NCBI GenBank assembly: GCA_001940985.1
Contig: MSHB01000026.1
Coordinates: forward strand, 2,215-66,214
Source of the DNA: Mollicutes bacterium Phil14
Lineage (GTDB): Bacteria; Bacillota_I; Bacilli_A; ML615J-28; CAG-698
Length of the DNA stretch: 64,000 bases
Direction of reading: 5' to 3'
Part shown: one piece after another, positions 26,084-34,194 of the stretch
How positions within the stretch are numbered: the stretch's first letter is position 1
Layout of the letters: each line of letters begins with the position of its first letter
The notes under the pieces: model-generated
The model's input: only the letters and a program-made list of their open reading frames with translations
Told to the model about the DNA's origin: nothing
The model's database searches: none
Position numbers and translations under genes: made by a program

Positions 26084-27014
26084 GACGATACAGGAAGTTT
26101 CAGTTGAAGCTGTAGACTATATTAGAAAGAGAAAAGATCATACAATAGATCCGCTTAAAACACGCTGGAAGAAGTTTAATAAAGTGTGTTGTGGAGGTAT
26201 TGAACCTAATATGATCTTTACTATTGCCGGTGGTTCTGGTAGTGGTAAATCTGCGTTTGCTAATACATTGAGTTTTGATTTAATAGATCTTAATCCTAAA
26301 CAGGATATAGTTGTTCTTAGTTTTTCTTTTGAAATGTTAAGTTATCGAAACGTAGGACGTGCGATAAGTAACAAGATGAGAAAAACAACTTCAGAGTTAT
26401 ATAGTGCTGAAGTAGATTTATCTGATGAAGACTTTATACAAGTAAAGGAAACAGTAGATGAAATTAGTGAGTATCCTATATACTATGTAGATACTCCTAT
26501 GAACGTAGAGAAAATAGAACAAACTATAAAATATTTCCATGAGAATATTGCTAAAAATAAATGGTTGATCGTAATTCTAGATCATACTTTATTAGTTGAA
26601 GGCGATAGTGAACGTGGAACAATAGTCGATTTACAGAAAATGTTTATTCGTATTAAGAAATTAAAAAATACTAGCATTATACAGATTTCACAGATGAATC
26701 GAAATATTGAACAACCTGAAAGGCTTAATAATCCAAGCAGTCACTTTCCAATGAGAAGTGACTTAGCAGCATCAGATGCAATTTTTCAAGCAAGTGACTA
26801 CGTTATAGCAATTCATAGACCTGAATTATTAGGTCTTTCTATATATGGAAGTCGACGTTTACCTGTAAAAAACAAGATCTATCTACATTTCTTAAAAGTA
26901 AGAGATGCTGGAGAACCGTGTATATTAGAATTCGATAATGAATTAAAATATGGTAACTTAATTGAATATGCTCTAGATACTGAAAAAGAACCAAAAGTAG
27001 TATTTAAAAATTAA
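26052..27014 (+). CDS. DnaB-like replicative helicase (RecA-fold domain)
   Basis: Walker A AGGSGSGKS, Walker B LIVILDH, and an ISQMNRNIE motif typical of the DnaB C-terminal domain. The exact start is uncertain (ATG 26052, or 26067/26073). Confidence 0.75.
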   Translation: MRRSMEMPLFKTIQEVSVEAVDYIRKRKDHTIDPLKTRWKKFNKVCCGGIEPNMIFTIAGGSGSGKSAFANTLSFDLIDLNPKQDIVVLSFSFEMLSYRNVGRAISNKMRKTTSELYSAEVDLSDEDFIQVKETVDEISEYPIYYVDTPMNVEKIEQTIKYFHENIAKNKWLIVILDHTLLVEGDSERGTIVDLQKMFIRIKKLKNTSIIQISQMNRNIEQPERLNNPSSHFPMRSDLAASDAIFQASDYVIAIHRPELLGLSIYGSRRLPVKNKIYLHFLKVRDAGEPCILEFDNELKYGNLIEYALDTEKEPKVVFKN

Positions 27015-27026
27015 AAAGGCTGAATT

Positions 27027-27581
27027 ATGAAATCATTTTATTTTAAACTTCCTAGTAAGAAACAAGATAATAACGGTACTTTGAAAGAGTACATCATTAA
27101 TAAAATCGCTGATAAATATCCATGGTTGTCTATGGATGGTATTGATGGACCGAAATCCTATTCTAGTCTGCAATATGCAGGACCAGAAGATTATATTGCA
27201 TTTGATGCATCACCTAAATATGATGTATGTGCAGTTCGTCCGTATTCATGGGAACAGTATAAACCGTCTTGTCCGTGTTATAAATGTCCGTTTGATATCT
27301 TTGATACAACGAACAAATATGATTTAGCAAGCGAGTTTGATATTGCTATGAAAAAACTAGATGAATATGCATATAACAAAGGCTATTATGATAAAGGATA
27401 TGATTATAAGTGGTTCGGATTACCAGTTAAAGCATACCAAAACTTCATACAGGTTGGAAATACCTTTATTCCTAAAAAGAATAATACTTATATTATTCCT
27501 TCTGATTTGAGTATTGAACAAAAAACAACAATTAATAATGTTATTATTAATATTTATAACATTATTAATGAAGCAGCATAA
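27027..27581 (+). CDS. hypothetical protein
   Basis: 184-aa track ORF. Confidence 0.6.
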   Translation: MKSFYFKLPSKKQDNNGTLKEYIINKIADKYPWLSMDGIDGPKSYSSLQYAGPEDYIAFDASPKYDVCAVRPYSWEQYKPSCPCYKCPFDIFDTTNKYDLASEFDIAMKKLDEYAYNKGYYDKGYDYKWFGLPVKAYQNFIQVGNTFIPKKNNTYIIPSDLSIEQKTTINNVIINIYNIINEAA

Positions 27582-27592
27582 TTTAATTATTT

Positions 27593-28333
27593 ATGATTTT
27601 ACCAAAAGAACGGAGTATACCTCAAACAAATAATCCTAAATTTCTTATCTTATTTGGTAAACCAAAATCAGGTAAGAGTACTTTAATAGCTGGACTTGAA
27701 AGTAATTTAGTTATTGATTTAGAGAATGGTTATAAGTCTCTTTCCGTATTAGCTATTCAAGCAAGAGGAATTAAAGATTTCTCTGATATAGCTAATTCTT
27801 TAAGAGAAGAAATGAAGAATAATGGAGGTAAATTTCCATACAAATATATTACTATTGATAATGCTACTAGACTTGAAGAAATGTGTCTAAGTTATGCAGT
27901 AACTCTGTATAAACAAACTCCAATGGGAAAAGCGTATACTGGTACAGATGTACGCACTTTACCTAATGGAGCTGGATACTTATATTTAAGACAGGCAGTT
28001 AAGAAAGTAATAAGTATGTTTAAAGAGCTGTGTGATACTTTAATTTTAGTTGCTCATGTTAAAGAAAAGATGATCAACAAAGATGGAGAAGAGCTAAGCG
28101 AAATGTCAATCGACTTAACTGGAAGGTTAGGTGATATACTTTGTGGAGAAGCTGATGCTATTGGATATGTGTATCGTAAGAAAAATGAGACTATTGTATC
28201 ATTTGAAGGTGGTGAATATACTATACGAGAAGCAAGAGCTTTACATTTGAGAGGAAAGAAGATAGTAGTAGCTACTAGTGATGAGGATAACAAAGTTACA
28301 GTAGATATGACAAAAATATTTTTACCAGAATAA
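27593..28333 (+). CDS. RecA-like ATPase (AAA_24 / Sak4-like)
   Basis: Walker A FGKPKSGKST and Walker B-like ITIDNAT. Size and position in the replication module fit phage AAA_24 proteins. Confidence 0.6.
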   Translation: MILPKERSIPQTNNPKFLILFGKPKSGKSTLIAGLESNLVIDLENGYKSLSVLAIQARGIKDFSDIANSLREEMKNNGGKFPYKYITIDNATRLEEMCLSYAVTLYKQTPMGKAYTGTDVRTLPNGAGYLYLRQAVKKVISMFKELCDTLILVAHVKEKMINKDGEELSEMSIDLTGRLGDILCGEADAIGYVYRKKNETIVSFEGGEYTIREARALHLRGKKIVVATSDEDNKVTVDMTKIFLPE

Positions 28334-28343
28334 TTGAATTAAT

Positions 28344-28940
28344 ATGTACGATAAAAATAAAGCAGTTGAGGCTGCAAACAAAAAAAGTGCTTTTGTAGCA
28401 GGAATTAATGATGATGTCAAAGTAGCGTCAGCTAAAGTACAAACTAGTCCTACTGGACTAACCTTCTTAGAAATTACATTCGAGAAGAATGGAAAAGAAG
28501 TAAAACAGACTGAATGGGCTCCAAAGATGGCTCCTTGGATGAAAACAGCAGCAGATCTTGAAGAAGCAGAGAATAGACAATATGCTCGTATGCTTCAGAT
28601 CTTGACTTGTTTCTATCCTGATGAGCAATTAAACTTCGTTGGAGATTCATTTAAAGATTTTGCAGCTTGGGTAGTAGAACTTATTAACAATGCTGATAAG
28701 AATATACTTACTCGTATTAAGCTTGTATACAATAAGAATGGGTTCCTTACTTTACCGAATACATCTAGCAATGATAATAAATTCATTGAAAAGATGGAAA
28801 TTCCTAAAGATAAATCAGAACTCTATATTGGACCGAAAGACGTTATTGTACGTCCTGTTGTTGCAGATGTAGAAGTTCCTGTTGATCCATTCCAAACAAC
28901 AGAGGAAGCAAATGATCCTTCAAGCGACTTGCCGTTTTAA
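28344..28940 (+). CDS. ssb: single-stranded DNA-binding protein (tentative)
   Basis: 198 aa. The acidic C-terminal tip ...DPSSDLPF resembles the SSB D-(I/L)-P-F tail. Located in the replication module. Confidence 0.55.
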   Translation: MYDKNKAVEAANKKSAFVAGINDDVKVASAKVQTSPTGLTFLEITFEKNGKEVKQTEWAPKMAPWMKTAADLEEAENRQYARMLQILTCFYPDEQLNFVGDSFKDFAAWVVELINNADKNILTRIKLVYNKNGFLTLPNTSSNDNKFIEKMEIPKDKSELYIGPKDVIVRPVVADVEVPVDPFQTTEEANDPSSDLPF

Positions 28941-28984
28941 GGATATTTAAAATAAGCTGCCTACGCTAGGCTTTATATAGCGAT

Positions 28985-29016
28985 ACGTGAGTATTAGTAA
29001 TAGTACTCACGTTTTA
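28985..29016 (+). terminator. rho-independent terminator
   Basis: 9-bp stem ACGTGAGTA/TACTCACGT followed by TTTT. It ends 2 nt before the tRNA-Trp. Confidence 0.6.
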
Positions 29017-29018
29017 AA

Positions 29019-29091
29019 GGGTGATTAGTTCAGTAGGAAGAACGCTGGTCTCCAAAACCAGATGTCGGGGGTTCGAATCCTTCATCACCTG
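29019..29091 (+). tRNA. tRNA-Trp (anticodon CCA)
   Basis: Acceptor GGGTGAT/ATCACCT. Anticodon arm CTGGT-CTCCAAA-ACCAG. T arm GGGGG-TTCGAAT-CCTTC. Confidence 0.85.
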
Positions 29092-29107
29092 CATATTTTT
29101 ATAGCAT

Positions 29108-30085
29108 ATGTATGACAAAAATAAAATAAAAAAACCGGTAACTTTAGAATGGATTCTTTCTAGAGTAACTGAGTATGATATATATGCCCATTATATAGGT
29201 CAATTTAAAGTAGGAATGATATATAAGAGTCCTTTTAGAAAGGATAAAAATCCATCATTCGGTATATTTTATTCGAAAAGAACAAAACAACTACTATTTA
29301 AAGACCATGGAACTGGTGAGTGTGGTAATATTATTAAGTTTGTATCTTTACTTAAAGGTATAACTAACTATTCAGATATACTACAAGATATAGTAAATCA
29401 ATTAAATATTACTTCACACACAAAACTCGATAGCTCTAAGCAATATATACCTACAGAAGATACAGTAATTGGTGTTGTACGTCAGGAATTTACTGATATT
29501 GACATCAATTACTGGTCACAATTTAATATTAGTAAAACAACATTGAAGAAATTTAATGTTAATAGTATTAAATATTACTTATGTAATGGTGTAGTAAAAG
29601 GTATATATAAAGATAATAATCCTATGTATGCTTATAAAGTATATAATAACTTTAAGATATATAGACCTTATGGTGATAAATATACTAAATGGAGGAATAA
29701 TCTAACAAGTACTGATATACAAGGACTTCAACAATTACCAAAGAAAGGAGATATACTAATAATCACTAAATCTTTAAAAGACGTAATGTGTTTATACGAA
29801 ATGGGTATACCAGCTATTTCTCCTTCGTCAGAAAGTACTTTTATACCAGAAAAAATATTAGAAAACTTAAAAAAAAGGTTTAAAACGATATTAATATTAT
29901 TTGATAGAGATTCCAGTGGATGTAAAAATTCTATCAAATATAGTAACAAATTCAATTTAAAATCGTTATTTATAAATAAAAAATTTAAATCAAAAGATAT
30001 ATCAGATGCAATAAAAAATAATTCATTTAATGATATAAAAGCTTGGTTTACAAAAGAATTATCTTATGAACGAAATAAAAATTGA
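29108..30085 (+). CDS. DNA primase (Toprim domain)
   Basis: 325 aa. Toprim-like LIITKSLKDVMCLYEMGIPAISPSSE...ILILFDRDSSG. Confidence 0.7.
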   Translation: MYDKNKIKKPVTLEWILSRVTEYDIYAHYIGQFKVGMIYKSPFRKDKNPSFGIFYSKRTKQLLFKDHGTGECGNIIKFVSLLKGITNYSDILQDIVNQLNITSHTKLDSSKQYIPTEDTVIGVVRQEFTDIDINYWSQFNISKTTLKKFNVNSIKYYLCNGVVKGIYKDNNPMYAYKVYNNFKIYRPYGDKYTKWRNNLTSTDIQGLQQLPKKGDILIITKSLKDVMCLYEMGIPAISPSSESTFIPEKILENLKKRFKTILILFDRDSSGCKNSIKYSNKFNLKSLFINKKFKSKDISDAIKNNSFNDIKAWFTKELSYERNKN

Positions 30086-30575
30086 ATGGAAACCTGTTAA
30101 AGAATATTCCGATAGATATTTAATATCAAATACAGGAGATGTATTAAGTTTAAAAACTAATAAGATATTAAAGCAAGAGCTACGTAGAGGGTATTTAAGC
30201 GTACAACTATTTAATGGTAAACGATATAAACATTATTCAATTCATAGATTAATAGCAGATCATTTTATAGATAATCCATATAATTATCTATATGTAAATC
30301 ATAAAGATGAGAATAAATTGAATAATAATGTAAATAATTTAGAATGGTGTACAGCAGCATATAATGTTAATTATGGTACAGCAAAAGAACGAGCTAGAGA
30401 AAAAAAGATTATTGGTGTAAGTATGTTTTTAAAAGATGGTACTTTTATACGTGATTTTGATTCAATCATAACTGCACAACGAATAATGCACATACCAAAT
30501 CCAAACATTGTTAAATGTTGCAAAGGCAAAAGGAAAACAGCAGGAGGTTATATTTGGAGATATATAAACAGTTAA
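30066..30575 (+). CDS. HNH homing endonuclease (NUMOD4 + HNH + C-terminal GGYIWRY)
   Basis: WKPVKEYSDRYLISNTGDV...HRLIADHFIDNP...VNHKDENKLNNNVNNLEW...AGGYIWRY. Overlaps the primase stop. Confidence 0.85.
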   Translation: MNEIKIEWKPVKEYSDRYLISNTGDVLSLKTNKILKQELRRGYLSVQLFNGKRYKHYSIHRLIADHFIDNPYNYLYVNHKDENKLNNNVNNLEWCTAAYNVNYGTAKERAREKKIIGVSMFLKDGTFIRDFDSIITAQRIMHIPNPNIVKCCKGKRKTAGGYIWRYINS

Positions 30576-30586
30576 AAATTGGATAT

Positions 30587-30871
30587 ATGACAGCATTGGA
30601 ATTCAACGATAAGTATGAAAGTTATATTGAAGAAGGCTTTTGCGGCCTAGAATTTGATATACCTAATGTAACTGAGTTCCTAGATAAGATATTTACAGAT
30701 CTTACTAAGATACCTGATTTTAAAGTAAGTCAGATTAAATTAAAATTTCATATGGCTAGATTTTACGCAAATTGTTCAACAACATTATGTAGAATTATAG
30801 AATCTGAAATTGATGAACTAGTTAAACAATATGATTTAGAACAAGAAAGTAAAGAATGCGACAAAGATTGA
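30587..30871 (+). CDS. hypothetical protein
   Basis: Track ORF trimmed to the ATG after the HNH stop (MTALEFNDKYES...). Confidence 0.5.
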   Translation: MTALEFNDKYESYIEEGFCGLEFDIPNVTEFLDKIFTDLTKIPDFKVSQIKLKFHMARFYANCSTTLCRIIESEIDELVKQYDLEQESKECDKD

Positions 30872-31202
30872 GATAGACGGAATTAAGTTTAGATCAAAAC
30901 TTGAAGCATATACATATAAAAAGCTGAAAGAAGTTAAACTCTATGCCGAATATGAATCATAGAAATTTGAGCTTCTTCCAGCTTTTACTTTTCAGGATAC
31001 TAAAGTAAGAGCTATTACTTATACTCCTGATTTTGTAGGAAAAGATTTCATTATCGAATGCAAAGGATTCCCTAATGATGCTTATCCTTTAAAAAAGAAA
31101 TTATTTGAGTATTACTTAGTTACTCATAATATAGATTATAAGTACTATGTAGTACATAACCAAAAAGAGGTTGATCAATTGATTGAATCTCTAAAACAAT
31201 AA
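30831..31202 (+). CDS. DUF1064-like PD-(D/E)xK nuclease with two in-frame TAG codons
   Basis: Missed by the track. MIqNKKVKNATKIEIDGIKFRSKLEAYTYKKL...YESqKFELLPAF...YTPDFVGKDFIIECKG... TAGs at 30837-30839 and 30960-30962. TAA at 31200-31202. Confidence 0.65.
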
Positions 31203-31207
31203 GAATT

Positions 31208-32008
31208 ATGTCAGAATTTATTAAAAGTGGAGATAGAGTAGTGCCAATGCCGCAAGGTTTAATGTATGACTTAGAACCTGGTAGAGTATATGATTTAAAA
31301 ATATATACTAGCTGGGGGGAAACAGTTGAAGCATTAACTTTAAATGGAGAATTAAATACTCCTAAAAAGGTATATGTCACTGATAAGGATGAGCAGTTTG
31401 TTAAAAGAGTTTTAAACGATTTTAATAATACAGCAAAGAATACTACAGGAGTATTATTAGTAGGTGAAAAAGGAACAGGTAAGACTGTAACTGCTAAATT
31501 ATTAGCAGAACGTGGAGGTTTACCTATTATTGTTATGAATCCTAAAACTGAGTTAGATAAAATAACAGGTTTCTTTAAGAAATTTACTACTCCAGTGTGT
31601 ATACTATTTGATGAAGTTGATAAAGAATTTGACACTTCTGAACTATTAACTTTCTTAGATGGATTACAAAAGACTTCTAAGAAATTAGTAATTATGACAG
31701 CAAATGATGAATATGAAATAGATAATTATCTTAAGAACCGATGTTCACGTATTAGATATTATCGTCAGTATAATATTAAAGACGATGCTGAAGAATATGC
31801 TAAACTTATATGTAAAGATAAAGGATTAGATAATGTAGACGAAGTAATAAAATTTATCTTAGATAAGATTTCTTGTCCATCTATTGATAACATTTTATCA
31901 TTTGTTGATGAAATACTTCTTACTAAAGAATATAATTTAACTTTAGATGAAGTGTTAGAATTTATGAATATTAATATAGTTGAGAATGATGAGAGTAAGT
32001 GCGATTAG
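31208..32008 (+). CDS. AAA+ ATPase
   Basis: Walker A GEKGTGKT, Walker B ILFDEVD, sensor-1-like VIMTAN. Ends TAG, immediately followed by TGA. Confidence 0.7.
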   Translation: MSEFIKSGDRVVPMPQGLMYDLEPGRVYDLKIYTSWGETVEALTLNGELNTPKKVYVTDKDEQFVKRVLNDFNNTAKNTTGVLLVGEKGTGKTVTAKLLAERGGLPIIVMNPKTELDKITGFFKKFTTPVCILFDEVDKEFDTSELLTFLDGLQKTSKKLVIMTANDEYEIDNYLKNRCSRIRYYRQYNIKDDAEEYAKLICKDKGLDNVDEVIKFILDKISCPSIDNILSFVDEILLTKEYNLTLDEVLEFMNINIVENDESKCD

Positions 32009-32666
32009 TGATATTCATGGAGATTTAAATATAAAAGTACCTCGGTGTGAGGTACTTTGTATTTGTGGAGATATAGTAGGACTTAATGATCAAAGATCAA
32101 TGGATGCATCTGAACATTGGTTTAAGAATAGATTTGTAGAGTGGATTAATTCTTTACCTTGTGAATTTGTATTAATTGTTCCTGGTAATCATGATTTTTA
32201 TCTTGAAGATCTATATAAAAAAGAAGAGTTAAATACTTTTAATATTGAATTAGCTAAACTAACTAATAATAAAGCAATAGTATTAGTTGATAGTATAATT
32301 GATATTAATGGTATTACTTTTTATGGATGTCCATGGATAAATCCTATACCTTTCCAAGAAGGTAGATGGGCTTTCGTAGAAGATTCAAAGAATATTCATT
32401 ATCAAAGTATACTAGATTGTGATGTATTACTTACGCATGATAATCCTTTTAATAATGAAGACCTTGAATATTGTAGTTTTGGAAAATCAAAAGTACATTT
32501 CTTTGGTCATTGGCATGATGGTGTTGATAACGTTGAACAGAACAAATTTAACGTATCTTACTTAAATGATATGTATAATATCAAAAAGAAGTATAAAGCA
32601 CCTGTAGTTAATATTGAAAAGATTACTGAAGTAACTGTAGTTGAAGATGAAGAAGATGATAATTGA
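31986..32666 (+). CDS. calcineurin-like metallophosphoesterase
   Basis: Motifs SDIHGD, CGDIVG, PGNHDF, THDNP and GHWH, in the canonical order. Confidence 0.85.
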   Translation: MMRVSAISDIHGDLNIKVPRCEVLCICGDIVGLNDQRSMDASEHWFKNRFVEWINSLPCEFVLIVPGNHDFYLEDLYKKEELNTFNIELAKLTNNKAIVLVDSIIDINGITFYGCPWINPIPFQEGRWAFVEDSKNIHYQSILDCDVLLTHDNPFNNEDLEYCSFGKSKVHFFGHWHDGVDNVEQNKFNVSYLNDMYNIKKKYKAPVVNIEKITEVTVVEDEEDDN

Positions 32667-33648
32667 TATTCCTTACTATGAGGATATGTCACGATATTCT
32701 AATAGTGATATTGGATATTTCATAAAAAATGGGCCTAAAGGTCTAAAAGATTATAAGGAAGGAAAAGTTCCTAAAATGGATGCTTCTTTTCTAAAAAAAG
32801 GTACAATGATTCATGAGTATTTACTTCAACCAGAAGAATTCTGGAAAGATTATATTATACTTGAGTTTGCAGTACCTAAAGTAAAACAACAGAAAGATTT
32901 TCTAGAACAGTATTCTACGTATGAATTAACTGATCCTCTAGAAGATAAAGATAAACTAATATTAATGGCTTATAATGCAGCCTATAGTAATAGTAAACCT
33001 GATTCTAAGAAAATTGAAGAAGGTAAAGAGTTGTTAAACTTATATCAAGATTATATTGAATATTTTCGTGCTAAAGAAAGTAAGATAGTAATATCATATG
33101 CTGATTTACAAACGCTTAAGAAGATTAAGGAAAATATTGTAAATCATAAGAAAGCTAATGAATTATTATTTGCACTACCAGAAACATTTGAATCTCATAA
33201 TGAATTTCATATTAACTGGGAAGTACCTAAGTATAATAATATTAAATGTAAATCATTATTAGATAGAGTATGTTTTGATCATGTTAATAAGAAGATTATA
33301 CTTATTGACTTAAAAACTACTCAAAATGTATATAATTTTGCACATTCTGTTGAAGAATATGATTATTATAGACAAATAGCTTATTATGGATTAGCAATTC
33401 AGTGGTATATGCAAGAAGTGTTAAACTTAAATTCTGAGGAATATGAGTTTGAAGCATATATTATTGCTATAGGTAAAGATGCTAATAATGAGATTAGAGT
33501 CTTTGATATGAGTGATAATAAGATCATCAGTGAGAAAGTAGATCTAATTTCAAAAAATCTCAAAACTATTTCAGAACATATCAGTACTGATCAATGGGAT
33601 CACACTTTAGAATATTACGAAGGTGATGGAGTTGAAAAATTGTATTGA
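32647..33648 (+). CDS. PD-(D/E)xK family exonuclease (RecB/Cas4-like fold)
   Basis: Motif ...LLDRVCFDH...IILIDLKTTQN...YYRQIAYY. Located in the replication and recombination module. Confidence 0.55.
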   Translation: MKKMIIDIPYYEDMSRYSNSDIGYFIKNGPKGLKDYKEGKVPKMDASFLKKGTMIHEYLLQPEEFWKDYIILEFAVPKVKQQKDFLEQYSTYELTDPLEDKDKLILMAYNAAYSNSKPDSKKIEEGKELLNLYQDYIEYFRAKESKIVISYADLQTLKKIKENIVNHKKANELLFALPETFESHNEFHINWEVPKYNNIKCKSLLDRVCFDHVNKKIILIDLKTTQNVYNFAHSVEEYDYYRQIAYYGLAIQWYMQEVLNLNSEEYEFEAYIIAIGKDANNEIRVFDMSDNKIISEKVDLISKNLKTISEHISTDQWDHTLEYYEGDGVEKLY

Positions 33649-34106
33649 TGAATAAAGTAAGCAAATTCATTGTTCCATTAATAGATGATAATATAACTGA
33701 AGCAGACTTATCTGAAGAAGCAGGATTTGTAGATGCTTATACAGAAGATAAAAATAGACCTTATTTAGAAGATAAGGTCTTTCTTATGTATAAGCCTACA
33801 CGTACTCAACAATCTTTAGATACTTACTTAAAATTAAGTAAGCTAGATAGTTTGTATAATATTAAGTATATTACTATTAATAGAGAGCATTTTACGATAT
33901 ACTGTTTTGTTACGTTAAATAAGGATATAAATCAACTTAAAAAGGGTAGTAGATTCAAGAGTGTAAATTCAAGAGTCAGAATTCTAAACTTTTGGTCAAC
34001 TAAGAGTGATGACTTAGTTCGAAGAGTTTTTTTGCCAGATTTTCAATTCAATGAACCAATAAGAGAAGAATTACCTGAAGAAGATTATTATCCTTATAGA
34101 CCGTAA
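33645..34106 (+). CDS. hypothetical protein
   Basis: 153-aa track ORF with an ATGA overlap to the upstream gene. Confidence 0.6.
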   Translation: MMNKVSKFIVPLIDDNITEADLSEEAGFVDAYTEDKNRPYLEDKVFLMYKPTRTQQSLDTYLKLSKLDSLYNIKYITINREHFTIYCFVTLNKDINQLKKGSRFKSVNSRVRILNFWSTKSDDLVRRVFLPDFQFNEPIREELPEEDYYPYRP

Positions 34107-34114
34107 TTAAATAG

Positions 34115-34156
34115 AAAAGCCTGATAACTTAATTGTTACCAGGCTTTGTTTTTTTT
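34115..34156. terminator. bidirectional terminator between the convergent modules
   Basis: AAAAGCCTGATAAC-TTAAT-TGTTACCAGGCTTTGTTTTTTTT. An A-run lies upstream and a T-run downstream, between stops at 34106 (+) and 34195 (-). Confidence 0.75.
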
Positions 34157-34194
34157 GGATTGGATCCAACTATTGATAAATGTGACTGAAAATT

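Noticed and set aside
29019-29091. tRNA-Trp as a possible opal (TGA) suppressor
   Set aside because: The anticodon loop reads CUCCAAA, giving anticodon CCA rather than UCA. TGA also serves as the genuine stop of several genes here (for example at 59560, 60471 and 60935). There is no evidence for TGA recoding.
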